This document shows, in pieces, positions 1 through 9,996 of a stretch of 64,000 nt of DNA. The number at the start of each line of letters is the position of its first letter. Within the stretch, counting starts at the first letter, position 1. This DNA is from Candidatus Segatella caccae. Its GTDB lineage: Bacteria; Bacteroidota; Bacteroidia; Bacteroidales; Bacteroidaceae. The stretch spans positions 219 through 64,218 of the forward strand of contig USOQ01000002.1 in NCBI GenBank assembly GCA_900556395.1, written 5' to 3'. A model generated the notes under the pieces. It had not been told where the DNA came from. It worked only from the letters and a program-made list of their open reading frames with translations, and did not search any database. The position numbers were made by a program, and so were the translations under genes.

Positions 1-219
1 GCACTCGATTGGGCTCCTCGTTTCCGCGAGGCTATCAAGCCTGTTATGGAGTGGTTGTATTACTCAGTTAAGACTGGTAACGAGGCACAGATTTCTATCG
101 ACAAGAACTCTCAGCCTGACTACCGTGAGAAGTTGAATGCAGAACTCGAAGCTATGCGCAACAAAGAGATGTGGCAGGCTGGTGTTACTGTACGTAAACT
201 TCGTCCAGAGAACAACTAA
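1..219 (+). CDS. ilvC: Ketol-acid reductoisomerase, 3' end (partial)
   Basis: Frame 1 reads ALDWAPRFREAIKPVMEWLY...SQPDYREKLNAELEAMRNKEMWQAGVTVRKLRPENN*, the C-terminus of Bacteroidota/fungal-type IlvC. Confidence 0.9.
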   Translation, partial: ALDWAPRFREAIKPVMEWLYYSVKTGNEAQISIDKNSQPDYREKLNAELEAMRNKEMWQAGVTVRKLRPENN

Positions 220-243
220 TTTTTTTCTCGTACATAATGTTGG

Positions 244-283
244 AAAGGGAATGGTCCGTGAGGGGTCGTTCCCTTTTATTTTT
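244..283. terminator. Intrinsic terminator between convergent ilvC and recQ
   Basis: AAAGGGAATGGTCC-GTGA-GGGGTCGTTCCCTTT hairpin followed by a T-rich tract. Confidence 0.7.
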
Positions 284-363
284 GTATAAAAGATGGTGGA
301 GGAAGAGGAGAGGTCAAGGATGGAAGAAAGCTTCATGCTTTGCCCTCTTGTATGAGACTATTA

Positions 364-2268
364 TTATTCATACAGGCTGATGTATGAACCGTCGATATGT
401 ATTTGGTTTTCGCCTACTAAGAATTCTAAGGCTTCATCAACATACTGGCTGGGAAGTAAAATGTCGCGCAACTCAGTAATGAAGTGTGGCTTATGATCGC
501 CCAACAACAGGCGAATGGCTTGTTGGGCTTCTTTGAAATACTTATCTTTGGTCGTGTTGTCGGTGTATTGTTCCAAGCAGACATCGCATTGATGACAATC
601 TTCTTGGGTGGCTTCACCAAAGTAAGCCAATAACTGTCGAGAACGGCAGATATAGTCTTCCTTGGCATAACGGAGTATACCTTCTATTCGGTGTGCATAT
701 TGTTCACGACGTTGTTCCCATACCTCGTTGGGGATGATTACCTTTTCGCCATCTATCCTATCCTTCGCATAAGTTATATAGGGGGTCTTTCGTCTTGGTA
801 TGAACTGGACGATGTGGCGTGCTGAGAAATTCTTGAGTGTGACGTATACCTGCTCTATGCTCGTGTCGGCCTGATATGCTATCAAGCTTTCATCTATATA
901 CACGTAATCGGTAAACAGGCCACCATACGTTCGCAATAGTGCGGTAACAATGGCATCTTCTTTTGGGGACAGATTGTCAAGTAGATAGAGTTCGTTTCTG
1001 TTCAGACAGAACATGAGACGAGCCTTACCGTCAGGATTATCTTCATAGTGTATGTAGCCGCAACGTTCCAGTATTCTGAGTGCGGCATCCACTCTGATAG
1101 GAAAGAACTTGTAGATATAACTGAACTTGTCGATATTAAACTCGAAAGTCTTTCCACGTCCACTGGCAATGCCTACTTGGAAGAAATAGGCAAGATGCTC
1201 ATAAACATTCCTAATAAAGTCTTTGGGAGGAAAGGTGTCGTCTATGCGTTTCTTGAGCTTTCGTTCGTCGCTGGGATCGTAAAGCAATACGGCATAAGCC
1301 TTGTTGCCATCTCGTCCTGCACGTCCTGCCTCCTGGAAGTAGGCTTCCAAGGAGTCAGGGCAGTCAATGTGTATCACCATTCTGACATCAGGCTTATCAA
1401 TGCCCATACCAAAGGCATTGGTGGCTACAATGACTCTTGTTTCATCATTTTGCCAAGCCCTTTGACGTTCGTCTTTGACTGTAGGTAAGAGGCCTGCATG
1501 ATAGAAGGTACTTTTGATGCCATTCTTGTTGAGTAAGGCTGCTATCTCCTTGGTGTGTTTACGACTTCTGCAGTAGACGATGGCTGCACCTCCTACACAT
1601 CGCAGGATGTGGATCATCTCATAATCTTTGTCTCCAACAGTGCGTACAATGTATGCCAAATTTTTGCGTTCAAAACTCATTTTGAACACATTCTTCTTTT
1701 CGAAATGCAGTTTCTCTTGTATGTCGTTGACAACATCTGGTGTTGCCGTTGCCGTGAGGGCAAGGATGGGGGTGCCAGGCTTCATGGTCCTGATGTTGGC
1801 AATATTAAGATAAGAAGGGCGGAAGTCGTAACCCCATTGACTGATGCAATGAGCCTCGTCGACAGTGATGAAACTGACGTTGATATGGCGTAGTTTGACT
1901 TGGAATATTTCGGAAGCCAATCGCTCTGGCGATATATATAAAATTTTTATTCCGCCAAAGATGCAGTTTTCTAAAGTTTGCACAACTTCACTTCTCGACA
2001 TATCTGCATGGATAGCGGCAGCTTGTATGCCACGTTCCTTGAGGTGTTGCACTTGGTCTTTCATCAAAGCTATCAAGGGAGTGATGACGATGCACACTCC
2101 CTCCTTGGCAAGGGCTGGTACCTGAAACGTGATAGACTTTCCACCACCCGTAGGCATCAAACCCAAGGTGTCCCTTCCGTTGGCAATGCTTTCGATAATG
2201 TCGCGCTGTATGCCACGGAAGTCGGAGTAGCCCCAGTAGGTATGTAATATTTCCTGGAATTTGTCCAT
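364..2268 (-). CDS. recQ: RecQ-family ATP-dependent DNA helicase
   Basis: MPTGGGKS, DEAHCISQWGYDFRP, QEAGRAGRDG, Zn-binding CR...CHQCDVC. Confidence 0.93.
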   Translation of the reverse strand: MDKFQEILHTYWGYSDFRGIQRDIIESIANGRDTLGLMPTGGGKSITFQVPALAKEGVCIVITPLIALMKDQVQHLKERGIQAAAIHADMSRSEVVQTLENCIFGGIKILYISPERLASEIFQVKLRHINVSFITVDEAHCISQWGYDFRPSYLNIANIRTMKPGTPILALTATATPDVVNDIQEKLHFEKKNVFKMSFERKNLAYIVRTVGDKDYEMIHILRCVGGAAIVYCRSRKHTKEIAALLNKNGIKSTFYHAGLLPTVKDERQRAWQNDETRVIVATNAFGMGIDKPDVRMVIHIDCPDSLEAYFQEAGRAGRDGNKAYAVLLYDPSDERKLKKRIDDTFPPKDFIRNVYEHLAYFFQVGIASGRGKTFEFNIDKFSYIYKFFPIRVDAALRILERCGYIHYEDNPDGKARLMFCLNRNELYLLDNLSPKEDAIVTALLRTYGGLFTDYVYIDESLIAYQADTSIEQVYVTLKNFSARHIVQFIPRRKTPYITYAKDRIDGEKVIIPNEVWEQRREQYAHRIEGILRYAKEDYICRSRQLLAYFGEATQEDCHQCDVCLEQYTDNTTKDKYFKEAQQAIRLLLGDHKPHFITELRDILLPSQYVDEALEFLVGENQIHIDGSYISLYE

Positions 2269-2298
2269 GGGTTTGATGACTTGAAATCTTGGATAGTA

Positions 2299-4020
2299 TC
2301 AGTTTTCGTTGGGGCGAATATCTTCTATCTGTAGTTGAACTTGATTTTTCTTGAAGACATTCTCCTCGATGGTATAGGCAATGTCGAAACTGCGCTTGCT
2401 CTTAATGTATCGAGCAGAGGCACTTTGGCCAAAGGCGATACCATTAACAACACAGCTCGACTTAGAGTCGACAAGTTCCAACTTGATGTGCTCTTGTTCG
2501 CGTCCTACTACCTTGCTGGTGCCATAGTCGTATACACGATTGGTGCAGAAGACAGGCTTCTGGTTGCAGGGACCAAAGGGGGAAAAGCGCTTCAGATCGT
2601 TGTAAAGATGCTTGGTGATGTCCTTGAAGTCGAGGACGGCATCTATATTGAGGATTGCCTCTGTCTGTTCGGGAGAGATATGTTCTTCTACATATTTTTG
2701 GAATCGGTTTCTGAACTCCTTGACATGTTCCCACTTCATGGTGAGACCAGCAGCATAGGTGTGTCCACCAAAATTAACCAACAGGTCGCGGCAACTCTTG
2801 ATGGCTGAGTAGATGTCAAAACCTGTTACACTGCGTGCAGAGCCTGTTGCCATGTCACCTTCCTTGGTGAGTACCACGGTAGGGCGGAAGTAGATCTCTG
2901 TCAGTCGTGAGGCCACAATTCCTATTACACCTTTCTTCCATCCTTCATCGTAGAGTACGATGCTGGAATTGTGTTTTAGGCTTTCCAAACGTGAAACGAT
3001 GCCATTGGCTTCTTCGGTCATCTGCTTGTCTATGTCTTTGCGCTGCTCGTTATATTCGTTGATGTGTTTGGCCATACGCAAAGCTGTGGCGAAGTCTCTC
3101 TCTACCAATAGGTCAACGCTGAGTTTGCCGTTTTCCATTCTTCCTGAGGCATTGATGCGTGGTCCGATTTTGAAGACGATGTCACTCATGGAAATCTCGC
3201 GCCCGTTGAGTCCACAGATGTCTATGATAGACTTTAGACCGATGCTGGGATTGGAGTTTAGTAACTTCAGACCATGGAAAGCCAAGATGCGGTTTTCGTC
3301 CACGACAGGTACGATGTCGGCAGCAATACTGACGGCACAAAAGTCGAGTAGAGGAATGAGTCGTGAGAAGGGAATTCCGTTGTCCTTAGCGAAAGCCTGC
3401 ATAAACTTGAATCCCACGCCACATCCACAAAGGTGCTTGAATGGGAATGGGTCATCTGGGCGTTTCGGGTTGAGTATGGCCACAGCAGGTGGCATCACCT
3501 CGTCGGGAACATGGTGATCGCAGATGATGAAATCGATACCAAGAGTCTTGGCATATTCTATTTCCTTGACAGCCTTGATACCACAGTCGAGGATGATAAT
3601 CAGTTTGACACCTGTTGCATGGGCAAAGTCTATTCCTTTCTTGCTTACTCCATATCCTTCGTCATAACGGTCGGGAATATAGTATTCTATGTTGGAATAG
3701 AATTGCTGCAGGAACTTGTATACTAAGGCAACAGCGGTGCATCCGTCTACATCATAGTCGCCATATACCAGGATGCGTTCCTTGCGTCCCATGGCATCGT
3801 TCAGACGGTCGACTGCTAAGTCCATATCCTTCATAAGGAAAGGATTGATGAGGTCGGCCAGTTGGGGTCTGAAGAATCGCTTTGCAGCCGATTCTGTGTT
3901 GATGCCTCGCTGGATAAGAAGCTGTCCAAGGATAGGGCTGATATTGAGCTTATCGCCTAATTCCTTAGCAGACTTTTGCTGTTCTGGTGTCGGAGCTTCA
4001 TAATTCCATTTAAAATGCAT
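2299..4020 (-). CDS. recJ: Single-stranded DNA exonuclease RecJ
   Basis: GDYDVDG, DCG, DHH, GSARS, GGH motifs. Confidence 0.95.
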   Translation of the reverse strand: MHFKWNYEAPTPEQQKSAKELGDKLNISPILGQLLIQRGINTESAAKRFFRPQLADLINPFLMKDMDLAVDRLNDAMGRKERILVYGDYDVDGCTAVALVYKFLQQFYSNIEYYIPDRYDEGYGVSKKGIDFAHATGVKLIIILDCGIKAVKEIEYAKTLGIDFIICDHHVPDEVMPPAVAILNPKRPDDPFPFKHLCGCGVGFKFMQAFAKDNGIPFSRLIPLLDFCAVSIAADIVPVVDENRILAFHGLKLLNSNPSIGLKSIIDICGLNGREISMSDIVFKIGPRINASGRMENGKLSVDLLVERDFATALRMAKHINEYNEQRKDIDKQMTEEANGIVSRLESLKHNSSIVLYDEGWKKGVIGIVASRLTEIYFRPTVVLTKEGDMATGSARSVTGFDIYSAIKSCRDLLVNFGGHTYAAGLTMKWEHVKEFRNRFQKYVEEHISPEQTEAILNIDAVLDFKDITKHLYNDLKRFSPFGPCNQKPVFCTNRVYDYGTSKVVGREQEHIKLELVDSKSSCVVNGIAFGQSASARYIKSKRSFDIAYTIEENVFKKNQVQLQIEDIRPNEN

Positions 4021-4098
4021 TTTATTGTTTTTTATTTTCTGGGTGTAAAGTTACGAAAATATTATGACAATAAAAAATGTTTTAGATGAAAATAATAA

Positions 4099-4137
4099 AA
4101 TAAGGGGCTGCAATGAAATCTTGCAGCCCCTTTATTG
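4099..4137 (-). terminator. Intrinsic terminator after C1 peptidase
   Basis: AAGGGGCTGCAA-n7-TTGCAGCCCCTT hairpin. Confidence 0.75.
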
Positions 4138-4154
4138 GTATTGTTTGATTGTTT

Positions 4155-5366
4155 TTAGATGCCGAGTTTTTTGCGGATATCCTTAGGAATGGCATTCTTG
4201 TTTACCATGAAGTCCATTGTCTTGTAAGCAACGAAAGCCTTTGTCATGTACCAGGTTCCCTTGTAGTCACCATACTCACCCCAAGAGTTCTTTACCATGT
4301 AGTATTCCTTGCCGTTCTGATCCTTTGCAACACCATAGATATGCATACCATGATCATCAGTAGTCTCCCAGTTGTCGAAAGCATCCTGACGCATCTTCTG
4401 TGTAGGAACGATTTCTGGAGCGTTAACACCAAGTGAATCCAACTTCACGCTCTTCTCGTTTTTAGAGAGTTTGAACCAGTGGTCGGCATCAGTGCCAGAC
4501 ATAGAACGTACCTTCTTAACATCGTAAGCGATGCCCAAACCCTTGCGGGTGAAGCCATCCTCTGTTACGTCACCGCCCCAAGCTACAGTGTAGCCGTTGT
4601 CGAGAGCGTTGTCGATAATCTTGCAGAGGTCATCCATAGGAACGTTGTAGCTCAAAGGCCAGCGCCAGTTGTCCTGTACCTCAACAGCAAATCGGCTCCA
4701 CATAGGATGGTGTGTATAGCTGGTGATGGTAACATAATCGTCGAGATTGAGACCGAGGCTCTTGCAGAAAGTCTGTGGAGTGTACTGCTTGCCCTCGTAT
4801 GTAAACTTCTCTGGTGTTTCACCGATGTATGAGTCGATGATGCCCTGCAGACCGCTCTTCCAAGCTGAAGAAATCTTCTTGGCCTTGCTCTTGGCAATAG
4901 CCTCTACATAGGGAGTCATCACATCGAAGAACTCACCGAAGTTAGCCAAAGAGTCACCTGTCAAAGAACCAGGTGCAGGCATAGCAGACTCAGGTACGAT
5001 GCCATAGTGCTGCAGTGCATAGAGTACGTCGTATGCGCTACCGCCCTGTGAGAAGCTCACGTCACCATGCATGCGTACGGCTAAAGTGGCACGATCCATA
5101 TAAGTCTTGTTAGCCACATACATCTCGCTGAGATCGTATGTCTTGCCAGTCTTCTTCAGAATCTCGCTCTCGAAGAAACTAAGTGTAGAATATGCCCAGC
5201 ACGTACCACTACGATTCTGGTCCTTGATACTTGTGATGGGGTTCTGCTTTACCACTGTAAATACAGGTTTGTTCTTTGCGATGGTAGCTGAATCCTTTGC
5301 TGTTTTTGCGCTTGCACCAGTGGCAGCCAATGCCATCATTGCAGCAACAATCAATGCTTTCTTCAT
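4155..5366 (-). CDS. Secreted C1-family cysteine aminopeptidase (PepC/bleomycin hydrolase-like)
   Basis: Signal peptide; QNRSGTCW, DDHGM, VKNSWG catalytic motifs. Confidence 0.9.
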   Translation of the reverse strand: MKKALIVAAMMALAATGASAKTAKDSATIAKNKPVFTVVKQNPITSIKDQNRSGTCWAYSTLSFFESEILKKTGKTYDLSEMYVANKTYMDRATLAVRMHGDVSFSQGGSAYDVLYALQHYGIVPESAMPAPGSLTGDSLANFGEFFDVMTPYVEAIAKSKAKKISSAWKSGLQGIIDSYIGETPEKFTYEGKQYTPQTFCKSLGLNLDDYVTITSYTHHPMWSRFAVEVQDNWRWPLSYNVPMDDLCKIIDNALDNGYTVAWGGDVTEDGFTRKGLGIAYDVKKVRSMSGTDADHWFKLSKNEKSVKLDSLGVNAPEIVPTQKMRQDAFDNWETTDDHGMHIYGVAKDQNGKEYYMVKNSWGEYGDYKGTWYMTKAFVAYKTMDFMVNKNAIPKDIRKKLGI

Positions 5367-5436
5367 TAACTTTTCTCTTTTTAAAATTATTAATAATGTT
5401 GTTCTCTTTCTCTTTGTTGTATGTAATCGAAGCCTT

Positions 5437-6837
5437 TTAGTCTTGGTTCATAAACTCTTCCACGTCTTTAGGGTGGTAGGGTATACGATCTTTACCAATA
5501 AATCGACAGCCATCGTGAGTGATGAGTACGTCATCCTCGATGCGGATGCCTCCGAAGTCCTTGTAGGTCTCTAACTTGTCGAAGTTAAGGAATTCTTCAC
5601 AGTGACCTTTAGCCTTCCAGTCATCGATGAGGGCTGGGATAAAGTAGATGCCAGGTTCATCGGTTACGACAAAGCCTTCTTGTAGGCGGCGTCCCATGCG
5701 TAAGCAGTTAGTACCAAACTGTTCCAGATTGGGGCGTACCTCCTCGTCGAAGCCTACGTTTATCTGGTCGAGATTCTCCATGTCGTGTACATCCATTCCC
5801 ATCATGTGGCCCAAGCCGTGGGGAAGGAACATTGCATGAGCACCAGCTCTTACTGCTTCTTCGGTATCGCCTTTGGCGAGTCCTAATTCCTTCAGTTTGT
5901 CAAACATCAGTCGGCACACAGCGAAGTGTACGTCTGCATATTTTACACCAGGCTTAGCTACGTCGAGTGTGTAGTCGTGGCAAGCTTCTACTATGGAGTA
6001 GATTTCCAGTTGCTTTTGGGTGAACTTGCCGCTTACTGGCATGGTGCGAGTGTTGTCAGAGCAATAATTATTGATTGTTTCTGCACCTGCGTCGCAGAGC
6101 GCCAAGCGGCCTGCTTCGAGTATATTCATGGATGGATTGCCATGCATGATTTCGCCATGCTGTGTGAAGATGGTTGGGAAGCTGACCATGGAGCCATATG
6201 AATTGGCGATACCATCAACCTGTCCTGCAACAAACTTCTCCGTTACTCCAGGACGAGTAAGTTTCATGGCTGTAGTGTGCATCTTGTAACCGATGACTGC
6301 AGCACGTTCCAGTTCCTCTATTTCTTCAGCCGACTTGGTAGATCTCATCTTCACTACAGCCTGGATGAGGGTGAGTGAAGCTTCTTCCTTCTGCTGGTTG
6401 GGATGGATGCCGAGCAGGTCGAATATCTGCAGCTTGATGTCCCAACGATAAGGTGGCAAGAAGTGGATTTTGCGTTTTTTTGCCATAGCATTGTTGCAGA
6501 TGGTCTTGAGAGACTTCATAGGAGACGTGTTGAGGATTCCTACTTGCTCTGCCATGTCGTGCACGCTGTCTACGCTACCATACCATACGATGTCTTCTAT
6601 ATCAATGTCGTCGCCGATGAGCGTCTCAATGTCATTGTCGATATCTATAACACCTACCAGTCCGTCTCGGTTTTGTCCGAAGTAATACAGGAAAGAAGAG
6701 TCCTGTCGGAATGGTGCATACCCATTGTTAGGGAAATTGCAAGGCGATTCGTTATTGCCAAAAATTAGGATGACGCCGCTACCTACCAGTTCTTTCAGTT
6801 CTTGGCGGCGCTTGATGTAAGTATCCTTGCTAAACAT
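5437..6837 (-). CDS. Xaa-Pro aminopeptidase (M24B)
   Basis: FRQDSSFLY, HGLGHMMGMDVHD, TDEPGIY, GIRIEDD. Confidence 0.92.
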   Translation of the reverse strand: MFSKDTYIKRRQELKELVGSGVILIFGNNESPCNFPNNGYAPFRQDSSFLYYFGQNRDGLVGVIDIDNDIETLIGDDIDIEDIVWYGSVDSVHDMAEQVGILNTSPMKSLKTICNNAMAKKRKIHFLPPYRWDIKLQIFDLLGIHPNQQKEEASLTLIQAVVKMRSTKSAEEIEELERAAVIGYKMHTTAMKLTRPGVTEKFVAGQVDGIANSYGSMVSFPTIFTQHGEIMHGNPSMNILEAGRLALCDAGAETINNYCSDNTRTMPVSGKFTQKQLEIYSIVEACHDYTLDVAKPGVKYADVHFAVCRLMFDKLKELGLAKGDTEEAVRAGAHAMFLPHGLGHMMGMDVHDMENLDQINVGFDEEVRPNLEQFGTNCLRMGRRLQEGFVVTDEPGIYFIPALIDDWKAKGHCEEFLNFDKLETYKDFGGIRIEDDVLITHDGCRFIGKDRIPYHPKDVEEFMNQD

Positions 6838-6895
6838 ATTTTAGAATTTTACTTTAATTTGCTGCAAAGTTAGTAATTATTTCGTGAAAAATGCG

Positions 6896-6903
6896 TATCT
6901 TTG
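6896..6903 (+). promoter_or_regulatory. Bacteroidota -7 promoter element (TATCTTTG) for patatin gene
   Basis: Matches TAnnTTTG consensus in divergent intergenic region. Confidence 0.55.
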
Positions 6904-7003
6904 CAATCAAAAGTGCATATTTAGTGTGAATTTATAAAATATTAATAGATTTCGGCTTCATATTGATGTGAATCTGATAATAAATGTAAGCGGTTAGATA
7001 GTT

Positions 7004-7843
7004 ATGAACTTAAAGTTGAGTGCTGGTTTGGTATTAGAAGGCGGTGGCATGCGTGGAGTCTTTACCAGTGGTGTGCTGGATGCTTTTATGAAGAATGATT
7101 TGTATTTTCCATATACGGTAGCAGTGTCGGCGGGAGCTTGCAATGGTATGTCGTATATGAGTCGCCAGCCACGTCGTGCTCGTATATCCAACATTGATTA
7201 TTTGGCTCGCTATCAGTATATAGGTCTTCGTCACTTGGTGACACAGGGGTGTATCTTTGACCGGGAGTTACTTTACGATAAGTTTCCCAATCAACTTTTG
7301 CCTTTCGATTTTGACACATATTTTAAGTATGCAGACCATTTTGAAATGGTTACCACTAATTGTCTGACGGGTAAGGCTATGTATATGTCTGAAAATCAAA
7401 ATCGACAGCGTGCTCTTGACATCGTGCGAGCCTCCAGTAGTTTGCCTTATGTGAGCAAGATAGTCTGGGTCGATGGCATCCCGATGCTGGATGGTGGTAT
7501 AGCAGATAGTATTCCTGTGCTGAGAGCCATGGAGAAGGGCTATAAACACAACGTGGTGGTGCTAACACGTAATAAGGGATGGCGTGATAACGGGAAGGAC
7601 AGAAAGATACCTTATTTATATAAGAACTATCCGCGACTACGTGTAGCCTTGAGTCATCGGCATAAGATATACAATGAGCAGATACAGCTGATAGACGACT
7701 TGGAGGCGGCAGGCAAGATAACCTGCATACGTCCCTTGCGCCCATTGGAAGTGGGGCGTATAGAAAAGGATACTGACAAGTTGGAGCGTCTATACGAAGA
7801 AGGCTTCGCTTTGGGCGAAGCCTTCTGTAAGAAGTATCTTTGA
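7004..7843 (+). CDS. Patatin-like phospholipase
   Basis: LEGGGMRG, AVSAG nucleophile, DGG. Confidence 0.9.
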   Translation: MNLKLSAGLVLEGGGMRGVFTSGVLDAFMKNDLYFPYTVAVSAGACNGMSYMSRQPRRARISNIDYLARYQYIGLRHLVTQGCIFDRELLYDKFPNQLLPFDFDTYFKYADHFEMVTTNCLTGKAMYMSENQNRQRALDIVRASSSLPYVSKIVWVDGIPMLDGGIADSIPVLRAMEKGYKHNVVVLTRNKGWRDNGKDRKIPYLYKNYPRLRVALSHRHKIYNEQIQLIDDLEAAGKITCIRPLRPLEVGRIEKDTDKLERLYEEGFALGEAFCKKYL

Positions 7844-7849
7844 TATGTT

Positions 7850-7881
7850 TACTCAACTTCTGAACTTGCGAAAGTTGAATA
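7850..7881 (+). repeat. Dispersed repeat family copy A (ends only, internally collapsed)
   Basis: TACTCAACTT-CTGAACTTGCGAAAGTTGAATA matches left and right ends of copies B, D and E. Confidence 0.6.
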
Positions 7882-7916
7882 TGTTTATTTTTCTTTATAG
7901 TACTTTTGTTAGTTCT

Positions 7917-8474
7917 TTATACCTCTTCTACATATTTGGGGCTTTCGCCATACTTGTTGGTTTCTGGTTTTGAATCCATACAGCAGAAGACGAGTACTAC
8001 AAGGCTTAGCAGTGCGCTGATGAATAACAGGAACGAACCCGCCATGATGTTCATAGAGGTGTTGTTGTTCATATTCTCAGTGATTTCTTGGCTCAGCATG
8101 TCGGGGGTTTCTATCAGTTCCATGAAATTGATATCCATGCTGAGGATGCTGTAGAAAATAGCTGCAAAACCAATCATGCTGATGATGAAGGGTACGCCAA
8201 CAAACCAACCACTACGACCTGTATCATGCAGACGGCGGAAAGTCAGTGATAAGGATAAAATGGTGATGACAAGACTTAGAAGGTTGGAGATAATGACACC
8301 GGTTTTTCCCATATAGTTGACTGGTGTCATGATGAGGTTGAAAATGATTATACCTAATACGGCCCACCAAAACTCAGAGCGGCGTGCTCTTCCTTTGAAT
8401 GTAACGATCTTTTTGCATGCTGTCGAGCATGCTTCAATAAATCCCATCTGGGGTTTTTCTGCATAATTAGCCAT
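7917..8474 (-). CDS. DUF805-family membrane protein
   Basis: FKGRARRSEFWW, RRLHDTGRSGW, NKYGESP. Confidence 0.9.
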   Translation of the reverse strand: MANYAEKPQMGFIEACSTACKKIVTFKGRARRSEFWWAVLGIIIFNLIMTPVNYMGKTGVIISNLLSLVITILSLSLTFRRLHDTGRSGWFVGVPFIISMIGFAAIFYSILSMDINFMELIETPDMLSQEITENMNNNTSMNIMAGSFLLFISALLSLVVLVFCCMDSKPETNKYGESPKYVEEV

Positions 8475-8516
8475 AATAAACTGGGTTTAATAGTTAATAA
8501 TTTATGTTGATATTCT

Positions 8517-9197
8517 CTATTCTTCCCCCAACAGGTCAGGGCGCAGTCGTTTGGTACGCTCCATAGCCTGGTCGAATTCCCATTGTCTTACCTTTGCCTC
8601 GTTGCCACTCAGAAGTATCTCGGGTACTTTCCATCCCTTGTAGTCGGCAGGTCGGGTATAGATGGGTGCAGCGAGGATGTCATCCTGGAAACAGTCAGAC
8701 AATGCACTCTGCTCGTCGCTGATAACGCCTGGGATGAGACGTATCACAGCGTCTGCGATGATGGCAGCAGCTAACTCTCCTCCTGTCAGTACATAGTCGC
8801 CTACGGAAATCTCTCTTGTGATGAGATGATCGCGCACACGCTGGTCGATGCCTTTGTAGTGACCGCACAGGATAATCAGGTTGCCTTGCAAAGACATTTC
8901 GTTAGCTATCTTCTGGTTGAAGGTCTCTCCATCGGGTGAGACATAGATGACATCATCGTAGTCGCGTTCTGCCTTGAGAGCGGAGATACAGCGGTCTATA
9001 GGCTCACACTGCATCACCATGCCAGCGCTTCCACCGTATGGGTAGTCGTCGACACGTTTCCATTTGTCCAATGTATAATCTCGCAAGTTGTGCAAATGAA
9101 TTTCGGCAAGGCCTTTTTTCTGTGCACGTGCCAGGATGGATTCTCCGAAAAATCCCTCCAGCATTTCGGGTAATACTGTAATGATGTCTATTCTCAT
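8517..9197 (-). CDS. trmD: tRNA (guanine37-N1)-methyltransferase
   Basis: MRIDIIT start at 9197; [33 protein letters not shown]. Confidence 0.96.
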   Translation of the reverse strand: MRIDIITVLPEMLEGFFGESILARAQKKGLAEIHLHNLRDYTLDKWKRVDDYPYGGSAGMVMQCEPIDRCISALKAERDYDDVIYVSPDGETFNQKIANEMSLQGNLIILCGHYKGIDQRVRDHLITREISVGDYVLTGGELAAAIIADAVIRLIPGVISDEQSALSDCFQDDILAAPIYTRPADYKGWKVPEILLSGNEAKVRQWEFDQAMERTKRLRPDLLGEE

Positions 9198-9259
9198 AAT
9201 GTCTGCAAAGTTAATCATTCTACAGGAAAGAAGCAAATGTTTGGCAGATTATTTGCCGA

Positions 9260-9306
9260 AAAAAAGAGGCGCACAAGTATTTTGCTACTTGCACGCCTCT
9301 CTCTTT
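9260..9306 (-). terminator. Intrinsic terminator for small-ORF unit
   Basis: GAGGCGCACAAGTA...TACTTGCACGCCTC imperfect hairpin with A-run on left (U-tract on minus strand). Confidence 0.6.
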
Positions 9307-9346
9307 ATTTGTTATTTACTTAGTGTCTACTTTGTTGACTTGTGCA

Positions 9347-9454
9347 TTATGCACAATTTAAACCATTGCCTCTGAGTAATGCCTCGCCATAGTTATTCAT
9401 TGCTGACATGTAATTCTCAATAAAGCGCTTAATCATTTTCTTAATCATTTTCAT
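9347..9454 (-). CDS. Small hypothetical protein, 35 aa (MKMIKKMIKRFIENYMSAMNNYGEALLRGNGLNCA)
   Basis: Hand-translated; A-rich leader; lies between promoter at 9682 and terminator at 9260. Confidence 0.6.
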   Translation of the reverse strand: MKMIKKMIKRFIENYMSAMNNYGEALLRGNGLNCA

Positions 9455-9514
9455 AATTGTTATCCTTTCTTTTTTTTGTGTTAATACTGCGGGCTTTATC
9501 TCATGTGAGATTTT

Positions 9515-9601
9515 TTACTTGCCCATTTCCATTTTGTTGTTTACACGGATTGCCTGTGCTATCATAACACCTACAACCAGTAATACCATTGTTGTAATCA
9601 T
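9515..9601 (-). CDS. Small putative membrane peptide, 28 aa (MITTMVLLVVGVMIAQAIRVNNKMEMGK)
   Basis: Hand-translated; hydrophobic N-terminus; first ORF after TACCTTTG promoter. Confidence 0.5.
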   Translation of the reverse strand: MITTMVLLVVGVMIAQAIRVNNKMEMGK

Positions 9602-9681
9602 AGTCTTTGTCCTTTTTTTTGAGGCTCCCTTTGAGCCTCTGTTCAACATTATCCTTTTTAACAATCTTACCTTTTCGAGTG

Positions 9682-9689
9682 CAAAGGTA
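9682..9689 (-). promoter_or_regulatory. -7 promoter element TACCTTTG for the small ORFs
   Basis: TAnnTTTG consensus; TGTCA-n8-TGACA inverted repeat just upstream (9710-9727). Confidence 0.55.
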
Positions 9690-9792
9690 ATGCCATTTTA
9701 TTGAAAAACTGTCACAAAGACATGACAAAGATGTGAAAACGTGGATTTTTTTGACACATATCAAGATAACAAGTGATTTGCCATACAAATGC

Positions 9793-9927
9793 TCACAGTG
9801 CTTCGTCCTCAGGACGCTGAAAGGCAGCCTGGGCTTTCAGTTTTGGAAGATGCTTCTTCTTTCTGAGCCATGCTGCCTTTCTTGCTTCGTACTGTTCGCG
9901 ATGACGTTCCAAGAAATTGTCTGCCAT
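9793..9927 (-). CDS. Small basic protein, 44 aa (MADNFLERHREQYEARKAAWLRKKKHLPKLKAQAAFQRPEDEAL)
   Basis: Hand-translated; coding-like composition; MADNxLER...YEARK N-terminus resembles small conserved Bacteroidales proteins (from recall). Confidence 0.7.
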   Translation of the reverse strand: MADNFLERHREQYEARKAAWLRKKKHLPKLKAQAAFQRPEDEAL

Positions 9928-9996
9928 GCTTTAAGTAATATGAAAGATTTATAAGTTCGGGTACATTCTATTATATATGTATATAATAGATGTTCC

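Noticed and set aside
9501..9954. ORF-track calls 9501-9788, 9519-9704 and 9733-9954
   Set aside because: They use non-ATG starts and cross the promoter or lie antisense; the shorter ATG ORFs fit the signals better.
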